From Anaerolineae bacterium (lineage in GTDB: Bacteria; Chloroflexota; Anaerolineae; 4572-78; JBHHXL01): a DNA stretch of 41,464 bases. Where the stretch lies: contig JBHHXL010000003.1 in assembly GCA_046757065.1 (NCBI GenBank), forward strand, positions 1 through 41,464. The letters are read 5' to 3'. The notes below the pieces were generated by a model. That model ran no database searches. It was given only the letters and a program-made list of their open reading frames with translations, and was not told the origin of the DNA. Every line of letters begins with the position of its first letter. Within the stretch, counting starts at the first letter, position 1. Of the stretch, positions 1-9,772 are shown one piece after another. A program made the position numbers and the translations under genes.

Positions 1-60
1 GCCGGCATCCTGGTCTCAAGCGTGGCCTTCCTCTTTGTTGCGCCCTACCTCTTCCCCTGA
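1..60 (+). CDS. 3' end of a membrane protein gene (partial, runs in from the window edge)
   Basis: Frame 1 reads AGILVSSVAFLFVAPYLFP* with GC-rich third positions and ends at TGA 58-60. Confidence 0.6.
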   Translation, partial: AGILVSSVAFLFVAPYLFP

Positions 61-93
61 GCAGTTATTCAAAGAGACCACCCTCTCCGGTAA

Positions 94-248
94 TCCCCCG
101 CTTGGGTGTTGTCTCGTAGGGGGGTGAGTTGAACCACCAAGACGCGAAGTGCACCAAGAAAAACCAAAAATCAGGCGCAACTTAGCGTTCTTGGCGCCTT
201 GGCGGTGAATCTTGGCCTCGCCTGGAGACAGCAATACTTGACGGGGGA
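94..248. repeat. Nested inverted-repeat element: outer imperfect IR around a CCACCAAG/CTTGGCGG REP-like hairpin
   Basis: Outer arms TCCCCCG..GTTGTCTC (94-114) and GAGACAGC..CGGGGGA (225-248). Inner arms about 132-157 and 181-208, built from ~9-nt CACCAAGA-type units. Confidence 0.55.
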
Positions 249-274
249 CTATCCCTTTTCCGTAAGCACAGAAA

Positions 275-302
275 TTGACACCGATTTCCCTCCGCATAGA
301 AT
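275..302 (+). promoter_or_regulatory. Sigma70-type promoter for ychF
   Basis: TTGACA (275-280), 16-nt spacer, TAGAAT (297-302). Confidence 0.55.
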
Positions 303-334
303 ACGTACCGGGTAACATTCATCAGGAGTCTTCC

Positions 335-1408
335 GTGCGCCTTGGCATCACCGGCCTGCCGAACAGCGGCAAAACGACCGTCTTCAACGCCCTGACCGGG
401 GGCGATGCGCCGACCCCCGTCTACAGCAGCGGCGCATTCCAGGCCAACACCGCCGTGCTGCCCCTGCCCGACGAGCGGCTCGAGCGCCTGAGCGCAATGG
501 TCCGGCCTAAGAAAACGACCGCCGCCCGCGTCGAATGGGCCGATCTGGCCGGCTTCGGTGGCGAGCAAGGGGTGAGCCTCGGCGGGGAGCTGGTCAACGC
601 CCTGGGCAGCAACGACGCCCTGCTGCACGTGGTCCGCTGCTTCGAGGACGACAGGGTGCTCCATCCCCTGGAGAGCATCGATCCGGGGCGGGATATTGCC
701 TGGCTCGATTCAGAGCTGCTCCTGTCCGATCTGAGCAAGATCGAAAACCGGCTGGAACGCCTGGCGGAGTCGCTGAAACGGGGCAAGGTGTTGCCCACGT
801 ATGAAAGCGATCAACAGGAATTTGAGCTGCTGAGCCGCCTGCGCCCGGAAGTGGAAGGGGAAACCCCGCTGCGTGATCTGGCCCTGACCGGGGCCGAGGA
901 GAAACTACTGCGCGGCTTCCAATTCCTCAGCGCCAAACCAATGCTGATCTTGCTGAACCTGGGCGACGAAGGCGAAGCGCCGGCAATAAACTACCCTCAT
1001 CGCCAGAGCGCGGTCACCCACATCCGGGGCCGCCTGGAAGCGGATATTCGCCAGCTCGATGAGGCGGACGCTGCGCTGTTTATGGAGGAATACGGCCTGA
1101 GCGAGTTGAGCCTGACCCGCCTGGCCCAACACGGCTACGACATCTTGCATCGAATGATTTTCTTCACCGCCAACGAAAACGAGGTGCGCGCCTGGGAGGC
1201 GCGCCGGGGGGCCACCGCCCTGGAGTGCGCCGAGACCATCCACAGCGACCTGGCCCGAGGCTTCATCCGGGCCGAAGTAGTGCATTACGATGACCTGATC
1301 GCCGCCGGCTCGATGGCCGCGGCCAAAGCGGCCGGCAAAGTGAGGCTGGAGGGGAAAGACTCCGCCGTGCGGGACGGGGACGTGGTCCTGATCAGGTTCA
1401 ACGTCTGA
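335..1408 (+). CDS. ychF: Redox-regulated ATPase YchF (Obg family)
   Basis: GLPNSGKTT P-loop, DLAG, HVVRCFED, IHSDLARGFIRAEV and VRLEGKD..VRDGDV (TGS domain). GTG start at 335 follows AGGAG. Confidence 0.95.
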   Translation: MRLGITGLPNSGKTTVFNALTGGDAPTPVYSSGAFQANTAVLPLPDERLERLSAMVRPKKTTAARVEWADLAGFGGEQGVSLGGELVNALGSNDALLHVVRCFEDDRVLHPLESIDPGRDIAWLDSELLLSDLSKIENRLERLAESLKRGKVLPTYESDQQEFELLSRLRPEVEGETPLRDLALTGAEEKLLRGFQFLSAKPMLILLNLGDEGEAPAINYPHRQSAVTHIRGRLEADIRQLDEADAALFMEEYGLSELSLTRLAQHGYDILHRMIFFTANENEVRAWEARRGATALECAETIHSDLARGFIRAEVVHYDDLIAAGSMAAAKAAGKVRLEGKDSAVRDGDVVLIRFNV

Positions 1409-1409
1409 A

Positions 1410-1478
1410 CACCTGCTACCTGCTACCTGCTACGTGCCACTTCGCTGCAAACCGTCTGCCAAATCCAGAAGGTATTCG
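1410..1478. repeat. (CCTGCTA)x3 heptamer repeat plus the right half of the 31647-31808 miniature element
   Basis: CTGCTACGTGCCACTTCGCTGCAAACCGTCTGCCAAATCCAGA aligns by eye with GTGCTACCTGCCGCCTGGCTGCAAAGCGTCCGCCAAATTCAGA near 31757-31799. Confidence 0.7.
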
Positions 1479-1490
1479 AAAGCAAAGCCT

Positions 1491-3431
1491 ATGCCTCAAA
1501 ATCGCCTGAGCGCCTATCTGCCGGACCTGCTGCTGGTCGCCCTGGTCACAACCCTCGGCCTGCAATTGATGCGCGTCTTCTTCACGATGCTGGTCTGGGG
1601 GCCGGGCGAAACATTCGAGATTCCCCAGTTGGGCCTGATCGCCCTGGGCACTTTCGCCCTGGTTTTTTTGACCCCCCTGCTGCGCAAACTCGTGGGAGAC
1701 CGCTGGCTGGTCTACGGCGCGTTCGGCGGGCTGGCGGTTCTGCGCCTGCTTGAGCAAATCCTCAGAACCGGCCAGGATGATCTGGTCGTTGCCGCCGCCG
1801 GGACGGTTTTGTTCACGATGGCCTTGCCGGTGTACACGGCCTGGGCGCGGGCTCGAGACGTGGGGCCCGCCGGGTTGGCCTTCGGTCTGCCGCTGGGCTT
1901 CGCCCTGGACTCGGCGCTGCGGGGGTTGTTCTTCACCTACGATTTGAGCTGGCAGCGCGGCCTGGCCCCACTGGCGGCGGTAACCTTGTTGGGCGCTGGC
2001 CTCGTTTACCTTGTCTGGCGGCTCCAACCCGGTAGCTCTCTGCAAGACGCCCGTCTCGGCGCAAGCTGGCTGTGGCTGGTCCTGGGCCCCTATTTCTTCC
2101 TGCAATTGGCGTTGCTGCAATCCCCGGCCCTCCTGGCGTTTCTGGCCGGAGGTCGCTTTCCGCAGGGTTATGCCCTGGTGGGCCTGGCCAACGCGGGCGG
2201 CATTGGCTTCGGTTTCTGGCACGTCCGCCGAGTCCGGCCCCAAGGCGGTTGGCAATGGCCGCTACTCTCGAATGGCCTGACCCTGCTTAGCCTGATCTGG
2301 CTGGCATTCGGCCGGCCCAATGCCCTCCTCGGCAGCGTCCTGCCACTTCTTGCCCAGGCCGGGCTGACGTTCAACCTGATCACCGTTGCTCGCAGCCAAA
2401 GCCCCTTTCCCCGGAAGCCGGGTCTACTCTGGACGACCATCGGCTTCGGGCTGGGCTGGTTGTTCTTCGCGGTGATCGCCTTCTACTACTATTCGGAGTT
2501 CATTATTCCCATCTTATTGCCCATCGCCGGCGCGGTGATGGTCGCTGTCGTTCTGCTGGCTCGAAGGCCAGACCCGCTGCCTCCAACCGGGCGGCGCCAC
2601 TGGCCGGGGACCGCCTACGCTGCCGCGCTCGTGGCCCTGGCCCTGCTGCTGGGACCGATTTACCGGGGGTTGGCCTGGCGAACCCCGCAACCCCTTCAAG
2701 GCCCGGCAAAGACGACGCCCCTGCACGTGCAAACGTTTAATATCCACCAGGGCGTGGGCAGTAACCAGCAGCTTGATCTGGAGGCCATCGCTCAAGTCAT
2801 TGAAGCCTCCGGGGCGAACGTCATCGGCTTGCAAGAGGTGAACCGAGGCTGGCTGGCGTCGGGGGGCATCGACACCCTCACCTGGCTATCGCAGCGATTG
2901 GGGATGCCGTTCGTCTATTCAACCTTGGGGGATCCGTTGTGGGGCAACGCTATCCTGAGCCGCTTCCCGATGACCGACGCGGGCCAGGCCCGGTATCCGC
3001 CCCTGGAAGGCTCTCTCACCCGGGGCTACCAGTGGGTCACCATCCAGCATCCAACCCAAGAATTGCTATTGATCAACACCCACTTCACCGCCGAGCCGGA
3101 GTTCGGCGCAACGCGCACCCTGGAGGCGGAAACCCTCCTCCGTTTCTGGGCGGAGCAGCCTCACACCCTCATCACCGGCGATTTCAACGCCGAACCTGAT
3201 TGGCCGGAATTGGAGGCCATCTACAACGCCGGGCTGGGCGACGCCATTCAGGCTCTATCGGGAAACAACCCGCCGACCTTTCCGGCCCAGGCCCCGCACC
3301 AGCGGCTGGACTACATCTGGCTATCGCCGGACTGGCTGGCCGAGCCTTCACCTCTTAGCCAGGCCCGGGTCGTGCCAACGCTGGCCTCGGACCATTTGCC
3401 GGTCGAGGCCGTCATTAGTTTCCCACCTTAA
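1491..3431 (+). CDS. Multi-pass membrane protein with a C-terminal endonuclease/exonuclease/phosphatase (EEP) domain
   Basis: About 400 aa of hydrophobic helices, then EEP motifs [46 protein letters not shown] at 1491 chosen as start. Confidence 0.85.
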   Translation: MPQNRLSAYLPDLLLVALVTTLGLQLMRVFFTMLVWGPGETFEIPQLGLIALGTFALVFLTPLLRKLVGDRWLVYGAFGGLAVLRLLEQILRTGQDDLVVAAAGTVLFTMALPVYTAWARARDVGPAGLAFGLPLGFALDSALRGLFFTYDLSWQRGLAPLAAVTLLGAGLVYLVWRLQPGSSLQDARLGASWLWLVLGPYFFLQLALLQSPALLAFLAGGRFPQGYALVGLANAGGIGFGFWHVRRVRPQGGWQWPLLSNGLTLLSLIWLAFGRPNALLGSVLPLLAQAGLTFNLITVARSQSPFPRKPGLLWTTIGFGLGWLFFAVIAFYYYSEFIIPILLPIAGAVMVAVVLLARRPDPLPPTGRRHWPGTAYAAALVALALLLGPIYRGLAWRTPQPLQGPAKTTPLHVQTFNIHQGVGSNQQLDLEAIAQVIEASGANVIGLQEVNRGWLASGGIDTLTWLSQRLGMPFVYSTLGDPLWGNAILSRFPMTDAGQARYPPLEGSLTRGYQWVTIQHPTQELLLINTHFTAEPEFGATRTLEAETLLRFWAEQPHTLITGDFNAEPDWPELEAIYNAGLGDAIQALSGNNPPTFPAQAPHQRLDYIWLSPDWLAEPSPLSQARVVPTLASDHLPVEAVISFPP

Positions 3432-6327
3432 CCGGCAGCATCCGGCGCAGCCATTGGCCGGTGTAGCTCTCGTCCATCCCGGCCACTTGCTCCGGCGTGC
3501 CCTCGGCCACGATCCGGCCGCCGCCGTCGCCCCCCTCCGGGCCGAGGTCGATGATCCAGTCGGCGGTTTTGATCACGTCCAGGTTGTGCTCGATGACCAG
3601 GACCGTGTTGCCGGCGTCGGCTAATCGATTGAGGACCCCCAGTAGCTTCTCAACATCGGCGAAATGCAGGCCGGTCGTCGGTTCGTCCAAAATGAAGAAG
3701 GTCTTGCCCGTCGAGCGCCGCGACAGCTCCTTGCTGAGCTTGATGCGCTGAGCCTCGCCGCCCGACAGAGTCGTGGCCGGCTGCCCGATCTTGACATAGC
3801 CCAGGCCAACATCGAACAACGTCTCCAACCGGCGCCGCACGGCGGGGATGGAAGAAAAGAATTCCAACCCCTCCTCGACGGTCATATCCAGCACGTCGGC
3901 AATGGTCTTGCCCTTATACCTGATCTGCAACGTCTCCCGATTGTAGCGCAGGCCGTGGCAAACTTCGCAGGGCACGTACACGTTGGGCAGGAATTGCATT
4001 TCGATCTGGATGATGCCGTCGCCACGGCAGGCCTCGCAGCGCCCCCCCTTGACGTTAAAGCTGAACCGGCCGGGCTTGTAGCCACGCAGTTTGCTCTCCG
4101 GCAGGGTGGCAAACAGCTCGCGCAGGGGCGTGAACAGGCCGGTGTAGGTGGCCGGATTGGAGCGCGGCGTGCGCCCGATGGGACTTTGGTCGATGTTGAT
4201 CACCTTGTCAATGTGCTCAAGTCCCTCCAACTCATCGTGCTGGCCGGGTTTGTCCTTGGCTCGATACATCCACTGGGCCAGTTTTTTGTACAGGATTTCC
4301 ACAACCAGGCTACTTTTGCCGCTGCCGCTGACCCCCGTCACGCAAATGAACTTACCCAACGGGAAGTTGACCGTGATATTCTTGAGATTGTTCTCCCGCG
4401 CCCCACGCAGGACAATCGATTTACCGTTGCCGGGGCGCCGCTCCGCCGGAACTGCGATCTTCCGCTCGCCGCGCAGATATTGGGCCGTCAGGGAGTCCTG
4501 GCAATGCAGAAATTCGCCGCTGAGAGCGGAGCACACCACCTGGCCGCCGTGCTCGCCAGCGCCGGGGCCCAGGTCCACAATCCAGTCGGCGGCGCGTATG
4601 GTGTCCTCGTCGTGCTCTACGACCAGGACGGTATTGCCCAGGTCGCGCAGCCCTTGCAACGTTCGGAGCAGGCGGGCGTTGTCGCGCTGGTGCAGGCCAA
4701 TCGAAGGCTCATCGAGGATGTAAAGGCAGCCCATCAACTGCGAGCCGATTTGCGTAGCCAGGCGAATCCGCTGGGCTTCGCCGCCCGAAAGCGTGCTGGC
4801 CGTGCGGCTGAGGGTCAGATAATCCAGGCCGACATTGGCCATAAAATTCAAGCGGGCGTGAATCTCTTTCAGGACCTGGTGAGCAATGGTCTGCTGCCGC
4901 CGGGTCAGAGGAGGGGTACCCCCCGTTTCGTCGCCAGCGCCGGATTGCAAGCGGGTTACCCAGTCCAGGGCCTGGGTGACGCTCAAATCAACCACCTGGT
5001 CAATGGATTTATCGGCCACGGTCACAGCCAGGGCTTCGGGCCGCAGGCGCTTGCCCCCGCAGGCCGGGCAGGACCGGCTGGACATATAGTTCTCGATCTC
5101 GCTGCGCACGTAATCGCTGGTGCTATCCCGATAGCGGCGTTGCAGGTTCGGGATGACCCCCTCAAAGGTGGTTTCGTAGGTGCGCTCGTACCCCTCCGAA
5201 TTCTTGTAACGCAACGTTATCTTTTCCCCCACCCGACCGCCGTACAAAATGATGTCTTTCTGCTTTGGGCTCAACTCTTGGACGGGTACATCGGTGGGGA
5301 TACCATAGTGGCGGCTTACCGCCCGAATCAGGGAGCTGTAATAGCCATCGTTGCTTTTGGACCAGGGGCGGACCGCGCCTTCTTCCAGGCTTAACTCCGG
5401 CCGCCCAAATACCAGGTCGGGGTCTACCTCCAGGCGAAGGCCCAGGCCGGTACAGGTGGGGCAAGCGCCGTGCGGACTGTTGAAACTGAACGTGCGCGGC
5501 TCGATCTCCGGCAGATTCGTGCCGCAATGCACGCAGGCGTAGTGCTCGCTGAACATACGATCCCACGGTTTTTCGGGATCGGTCAAATCGGCGACGGTCA
5601 CCACGCCGTCCCCCAGCTTGAGGGCGGTCTCGACGCTATCGGCCAGCCGGGCCGGGTCGACGCCCGCCTCATCGCTGCCATTTTGGCTGTGGCGTATGAT
5701 CAGGCGATCCACCACGGCTTCAATCGTGTGCATGCGATAGCGATCGAGGGAGATGTCCTCGTCCACATCGCGCACCTCGCCGTTGACCCGCACCCGCACG
5801 AAGCCGGCCTTGCGGATGTCCTCAAACACCGCTTTGTGCTCGCCCTTGCGATCTTTGACCAGCGGAGCCAGGATCATAATCCGGCTGCCGTCGGGCTTCT
5901 CCAAGAGGGCATCGACGATCTGCTGGGTGGTTTGCTGGTTCACTTCGCGCCCGCAATTGTGGCAGTGAGGCGTGCCCACGCGGGCGTACAGCAGGCGCAG
6001 GTAATCGTAAATCTCCGTCACCGTGCCCACGGTCGAGCGAGGATTGCGGCTGGTCCCCTTTTGATCAATGGAGATGGCCGGGCTCAAGCCCTCGATCAAA
6101 TCCACGTTGGGCTTTTCCATCTGGCCCAGAAATTGGCGGGCATACGCAGACAGGGACTCAACGTAGCGTCGTTGCCCCTCGGCGTAAATCGTGTCAAAGG
6201 CCAGGCTACTTTTGCCCGAACCCGATAAGCCGGTGATGACTACCAATTTATCGCGCGGGATCTCCACATTGATGCTTTTGAGGTTGTGCTCCCGTGCGCC
6301 GCGAATGACAAGCTGGTTTTGCGCCAT
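3415..6327 (-). CDS. uvrA: Excinuclease ABC subunit A
   Basis: [10 protein letters not shown], two Walker A motifs ([18 protein letters not shown]), LSGGEAQRI x2 and zinc-finger Cys pairs. ATG at 6327. Confidence 0.98.
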   Translation of the reverse strand: MAQNQLVIRGAREHNLKSINVEIPRDKLVVITGLSGSGKSSLAFDTIYAEGQRRYVESLSAYARQFLGQMEKPNVDLIEGLSPAISIDQKGTSRNPRSTVGTVTEIYDYLRLLYARVGTPHCHNCGREVNQQTTQQIVDALLEKPDGSRIMILAPLVKDRKGEHKAVFEDIRKAGFVRVRVNGEVRDVDEDISLDRYRMHTIEAVVDRLIIRHSQNGSDEAGVDPARLADSVETALKLGDGVVTVADLTDPEKPWDRMFSEHYACVHCGTNLPEIEPRTFSFNSPHGACPTCTGLGLRLEVDPDLVFGRPELSLEEGAVRPWSKSNDGYYSSLIRAVSRHYGIPTDVPVQELSPKQKDIILYGGRVGEKITLRYKNSEGYERTYETTFEGVIPNLQRRYRDSTSDYVRSEIENYMSSRSCPACGGKRLRPEALAVTVADKSIDQVVDLSVTQALDWVTRLQSGAGDETGGTPPLTRRQQTIAHQVLKEIHARLNFMANVGLDYLTLSRTASTLSGGEAQRIRLATQIGSQLMGCLYILDEPSIGLHQRDNARLLRTLQGLRDLGNTVLVVEHDEDTIRAADWIVDLGPGAGEHGGQVVCSALSGEFLHCQDSLTAQYLRGERKIAVPAERRPGNGKSIVLRGARENNLKNITVNFPLGKFICVTGVSGSGKSSLVVEILYKKLAQWMYRAKDKPGQHDELEGLEHIDKVINIDQSPIGRTPRSNPATYTGLFTPLRELFATLPESKLRGYKPGRFSFNVKGGRCEACRGDGIIQIEMQFLPNVYVPCEVCHGLRYNRETLQIRYKGKTIADVLDMTVEEGLEFFSSIPAVRRRLETLFDVGLGYVKIGQPATTLSGGEAQRIKLSKELSRRSTGKTFFILDEPTTGLHFADVEKLLGVLNRLADAGNTVLVIEHNLDVIKTADWIIDLGPEGGDGGGRIVAEGTPEQVAGMDESYTGQWLRRMLPVKVGN

Positions 6328-6403
6328 TTCTCCCGTGATCCTTTTACCCACCAATTTTGGCCGAGGGTTTGCATGCAAACAATCAGATGCCTGCAAAAGC
6401 TAC

Positions 6404-6432
6404 ATTGTACCATTCGGTGCCGCTTTTTGCAA
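6404..6432 (-). promoter_or_regulatory. Sigma70-type promoter for uvrA
   Basis: Minus strand: TTGCAA, 17-nt spacer, TACAAT preceded by TGG (extended -10). Confidence 0.55.
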
Positions 6433-6460
6433 TGATGTTCGCTGAGCTTTCGCGGGACCA

Positions 6461-6489
6461 TTGACAATTTGCTGGAATCGTTGCATAAT
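6461..6489 (+). promoter_or_regulatory. Sigma70-type promoter, divergent from uvrA
   Basis: TTGACA, 17-nt spacer, CATAAT. Confidence 0.55.
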
Positions 6490-6605
6490 GAGATTATGGT
6501 TAGTTGTAGCTTGACCAGTTTTATACCCTGTTTCACAGTCACTCATTCACTTCAAAACATCTGGATACCCGTATGAAGATCTGTCAAGTCTTCAAACGTA
6601 ATTGC

Positions 6606-6687
6606 AAGTGATTGTCCAAAAATAATCTGCCATTCTTGCAGGATGTTTCTTGGGGAAAGTGGAAAAGCTATTCGCGGACAGTTACTA
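6606..6687 (-). mobile_element. 82-bp MITE, inverted copy of the elements at 23099-23180 and 23234-23315
   Basis: The reverse complement matches the two copies upstream of tkt along their length. Ends AGTGATTGTCCAAAAATAA / GCTATTCGCGGACAGTTACT. Confidence 0.85.
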
Positions 6688-6696
6688 AGTAAAGGA

Positions 6697-6803
6697 GGCT
6701 CTTTGAGCTTTTATGGGGTTTTGTAGCACAAGCTGTTAGCTTGTGCGGGACAAACTAACACGCTCCGCGTGTCCTACATTACCACATAATTCCTCACAGA
6801 GCC
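6697..6803. mobile_element. 107-bp MITE (GGCTCT ends) carrying a GTAG-type REP pair, with a 9-bp target duplication
   Basis: TIRs GGCTCTTTGAG / CTCACAGAGCC. AGTAAAGGA is repeated at 6688-6696 and 6804-6812. Inverted sister copy at 41286-41388. Confidence 0.9.
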
Positions 6804-6822
6804 AGTAAAGGAAGGCACAAAC

Positions 6823-8928
6823 GTGGACTTTAATCAAGATGACCTCCCCGATTGGTTGCGTAACGCCGAGGGTGGAGATGCTGACTCCGACGATAGTGAT
6901 CTTCCAGATTGGCTAAAAAACCTGGATGAAAGCGGCAGCCTTGAGGACGACTCCGGAGCCGCCGATCTACCGGATTGGCTGCAAGATGAGTCCGTGGATG
7001 CATCAGTGGATGAGCCTGTCGATGATGATCTGCCCCCGGCCCCCGCCGTCGAAGCCTCCGCTGAGGATGAGGAGGATGAAGACGGGCGAGCTTTGTGGGA
7101 GCAAATACTGGCCGAGGAGGGCCTGGACCTGACAGATGTGGCCGAAGAACGGCCTGAAGGCTCCGGGGATATGACCGCCTCCGAGTGGTTAATTGCAACC
7201 TCCAGCGAGTCTCCTGCGACGCCACGTTCAACGAAAGCCGGGCAACCTGAACCTGCGCCCCCGGCAGCGGTTCCCTCCGAGACCGAGCCCCCACCCGAAC
7301 CGGCCACCGTTGCCGAAGATGACGGCATCGTGGACATTGATGGCTTGCCGGAATGGCTGCGCGATGAGGCCGCCCTCGAAACCCAAGAAGCCACCGATAT
7401 ACCGGACTGGCTGAAAGACCTGGACGAGGAAGAACCTAGCGCCGCCCCCGCCGTGGAAGCTGCTCCAGAGGCTCCTGTCGCCTTATCCGAGGATGACGCC
7501 GCGCCCCCTCCAGACAAAACCGTTTCAGAAATGGCCGAGGCAGATGGCATACCCGATTGGCTGCGGGAAGTGGATGCCGAAGCGCCCGCATCGGTCGAAG
7601 CCGCGCCGGAGGCGGTCGCCGCTCAGGAAACGCCCGTCACCGAAGATGACGGCATCGTGGACGTTGATGGCTTACCGGAATGGCTGCGCGACGAGGCCAC
7701 CTTCGAAGCCGAGGCGGCCGCTGAAGCCCCCGATTGGCTGAAGGAGTTGGACGAAGAAGAAACCGCCCCGCCCCCGCCGGCAGCCCCCGCCCCGGCCCCG
7801 CCTCCGGCAGAGGTCGCGGCAGAGGCAGAAGACGTACCGGAATGGCTGAAAGAGGTTCAGACTGAAACGCTTGCCGACGAACAGGAAACCGCCCCGGTCG
7901 AAGAGGAAAGTCTACCTCATTGGCTGGCAACCGAAGAGCCTGATGCTACCGAAGCGGAGCACGCCCCAAGCTGGCTACGCGAAATACAGGGGGGCGAGAC
8001 CACGGTTGAAGATGTTGATGCAGCCGATTTAGCCGACATCCCTGATTGGCTGCAAGGCGCAGTCGAGGAAGAACTGGCCCCAGCGCAACCGGCTCAAGCC
8101 ACCAGCGAAGCCGAACCCCCCGAAAAACCGGCCTGGATGGACGGAGTTTTGGCCGAGGAGGAGCCCTTGCCGCAAGATATGCCCGCCGAAGACATGGCCG
8201 CCCTAAGCGAGACCGCCCCCGAAGTAGAGGGGCCCGATGACAGCGGCCTGCCCGACTGGTTGTTGCGCCTGCGCGAAGAACCCGAAGCCGAAGAAGCGCC
8301 AGCGCCACCAGCGCCGGAACCCGTCGCCGAAGCCGAGGTAGAGGAAGCTGAGGTGGTGGAGGAAGAACCTCCGGACTGGTTGCGCCGCTTAAGAGAAAGC
8401 GAAGGGCTGGAGCCGGAAGCCGAGGTGGCCGCACCCGAGCCAGCCCCCGAAGCAGAGGGGCCCGATTGGCTGGACGATCTGGTCCGCGAAGAGGAGGCCC
8501 TCACCCACTTGCCGGTTTCCGAAAAAGCGCCAGAACCAGCCCCGCCCCCGGCAATTGAACCTGCATCTAAACCCGTCTCCGTGGGTGAGGTAGTAGAGCA
8601 ACCCGCGGCCCAGGCGGCCCGAGAATTGTCGGCAGCAATCGATGCAACGGCCAAAAAAGATACGCCGGAAGCCCGCCTGGCCATAGCCCGCGCCGAATTC
8701 AAAGCAGACGACCTCAAAGAGGCGCTTGGGAAGTACAAATCTTTGATCAACTCCTCGGCGCTCCTGGATGAAGTTATCGCAGATTTACAGGCCGGGGTGG
8801 ATGCCCAGCCCGATAATTTCCTGATCCAGCAAACGCTGGGCGACGCCTTAATGAAAGATGGTCGCTTGCAAGAAGCTTTGGATGCCTACCGGGCGGCGCT
8901 GGCCAAGCTTTCCGCCTCGCCGGCCTGA
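6823..8928 (+). CDS. Acidic, Pro/Ala/Glu-rich low-complexity protein with 16 PxW[LM] motifs and a C-terminal TPR-like region
   Basis: 701-aa ORF with GTG start after AAGGAAGG. Repeated [LIV]P[DE]WL. C-terminus LGDALMKDGRLQEALDAYRAAL is TPR-like. Confidence 0.85.
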   Translation: MDFNQDDLPDWLRNAEGGDADSDDSDLPDWLKNLDESGSLEDDSGAADLPDWLQDESVDASVDEPVDDDLPPAPAVEASAEDEEDEDGRALWEQILAEEGLDLTDVAEERPEGSGDMTASEWLIATSSESPATPRSTKAGQPEPAPPAAVPSETEPPPEPATVAEDDGIVDIDGLPEWLRDEAALETQEATDIPDWLKDLDEEEPSAAPAVEAAPEAPVALSEDDAAPPPDKTVSEMAEADGIPDWLREVDAEAPASVEAAPEAVAAQETPVTEDDGIVDVDGLPEWLRDEATFEAEAAAEAPDWLKELDEEETAPPPPAAPAPAPPPAEVAAEAEDVPEWLKEVQTETLADEQETAPVEEESLPHWLATEEPDATEAEHAPSWLREIQGGETTVEDVDAADLADIPDWLQGAVEEELAPAQPAQATSEAEPPEKPAWMDGVLAEEEPLPQDMPAEDMAALSETAPEVEGPDDSGLPDWLLRLREEPEAEEAPAPPAPEPVAEAEVEEAEVVEEEPPDWLRRLRESEGLEPEAEVAAPEPAPEAEGPDWLDDLVREEEALTHLPVSEKAPEPAPPPAIEPASKPVSVGEVVEQPAAQAARELSAAIDATAKKDTPEARLAIARAEFKADDLKEALGKYKSLINSSALLDEVIADLQAGVDAQPDNFLIQQTLGDALMKDGRLQEALDAYRAALAKLSASPA

Positions 8929-8952
8929 AACCCAATCGCTCAGGAGAGGAAT

Positions 8953-9402
8953 GTGGAACGAACTCTGGTTCTCATCAAACCCGACGCGGTACAACGCCAG
9001 TTGATCGGCCCCATCATCGAACGCCTGGAACAGCGGGGGTTGAAGATTGCCGGCTTAAAACTTGTGCAGGTTTCCCAGGAACTCGCCAAAGAACACTACG
9101 CCGTTCACGAAGGAAAACCGTTCTTCGATGGCCTGATTGAATACATCACCTCGGGTCCAGTGGTAGCGATGGTCGTCGAGGGGCCCAGGGCCATCCAGGC
9201 CACGCGCAACACGATGGGCGCAACCAACCCGGTTGAGGCCTCGCCCGGCACCATCCGCGCCGATTACGCCCTCGAAATCGGGCGCAACCTGGTGCACGGC
9301 TCCGACGGCCCTGAAACGGCCGCTGCCGAAATCGCGCTCTGGTTCGACAAAGGGGAGTTAATCAGCTACGAGCGCACCGTTGACCCCTGGATATTGGAGT
9401 GA
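8953..9402 (+). CDS. ndk: Nucleoside diphosphate kinase
   Basis: [24 protein letters not shown] and NLVHGSD (catalytic His). Confidence 0.98.
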   Translation: MERTLVLIKPDAVQRQLIGPIIERLEQRGLKIAGLKLVQVSQELAKEHYAVHEGKPFFDGLIEYITSGPVVAMVVEGPRAIQATRNTMGATNPVEASPGTIRADYALEIGRNLVHGSDGPETAAAEIALWFDKGELISYERTVDPWILE

Positions 9403-9427
9403 AGTTGTTGGTGGGTTAATTGGATGG

Positions 9428-9772
9428 CTAGAGCATCCTGACCACGACCGGCGCTTCGCGCCACAGGTCTTCAAGGTCGTAGTAACGTCGCACTTCCGGC
9501 GAAAAAACGTGAAGGATGACATCACTGTAATCTAACAGGACCCAGCCGGCGTCGGCAGAGCCCTCGGCGTGCAATGGATTAACCCGGCGCTCACGCAAGC
9601 TCTCCCGAACCCCCTCGACGATGGCCCTGATCTGGCGTGCGGTACTTCCCTCGCAAATGACAAAATAATCGGCCAGCAGCGTTACCGGGCGCACATCCAG
9701 CATCAAGATATTTGCCGCTTTCTTGTCGGCTGCTGCATCTACAATTTCGTGAGCCAGTGTATTTGATTCCAG
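9428..9772 (-). CDS. rsfS: Ribosome silencing factor RsfS (Iojap)
   Basis: DKKAANILMLDV, ADYFVIC, WVLLDYSDVILHVF, RRYYDLEDLW. The frame extends 22 codons above the ORF-track start to a CTG at 9772 preceded by GAGG. Confidence 0.93.
   Translation of the reverse strand: MESNTLAHEIVDAAADKKAANILMLDVRPVTLLADYFVICEGSTARQIRAIVEGVRESLRERRVNPLHAEGSADAGWVLLDYSDVILHVFSPEVRRYYDLEDLWREAPVVVRML

Noticed and set aside
142-150. CGCGAAGTG as another 9-mer insertion
   Set aside because: One mismatch to CGCGNAGCG and no length change relative to the partner arm; ambiguous, so not counted.
3664-5394. 576-aa plus-strand ORF
   Set aside because: Antisense shadow of uvrA in GC-rich DNA; no recognisable motifs.
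6330-6460. LexA (SOS) box upstream of uvrA, and similarly of radC
   Set aside because: No convincing GAAC-N4-GTTC found. The palindrome GTTTGCATGCAAAC (6367-6380) is present but cannot be assigned.
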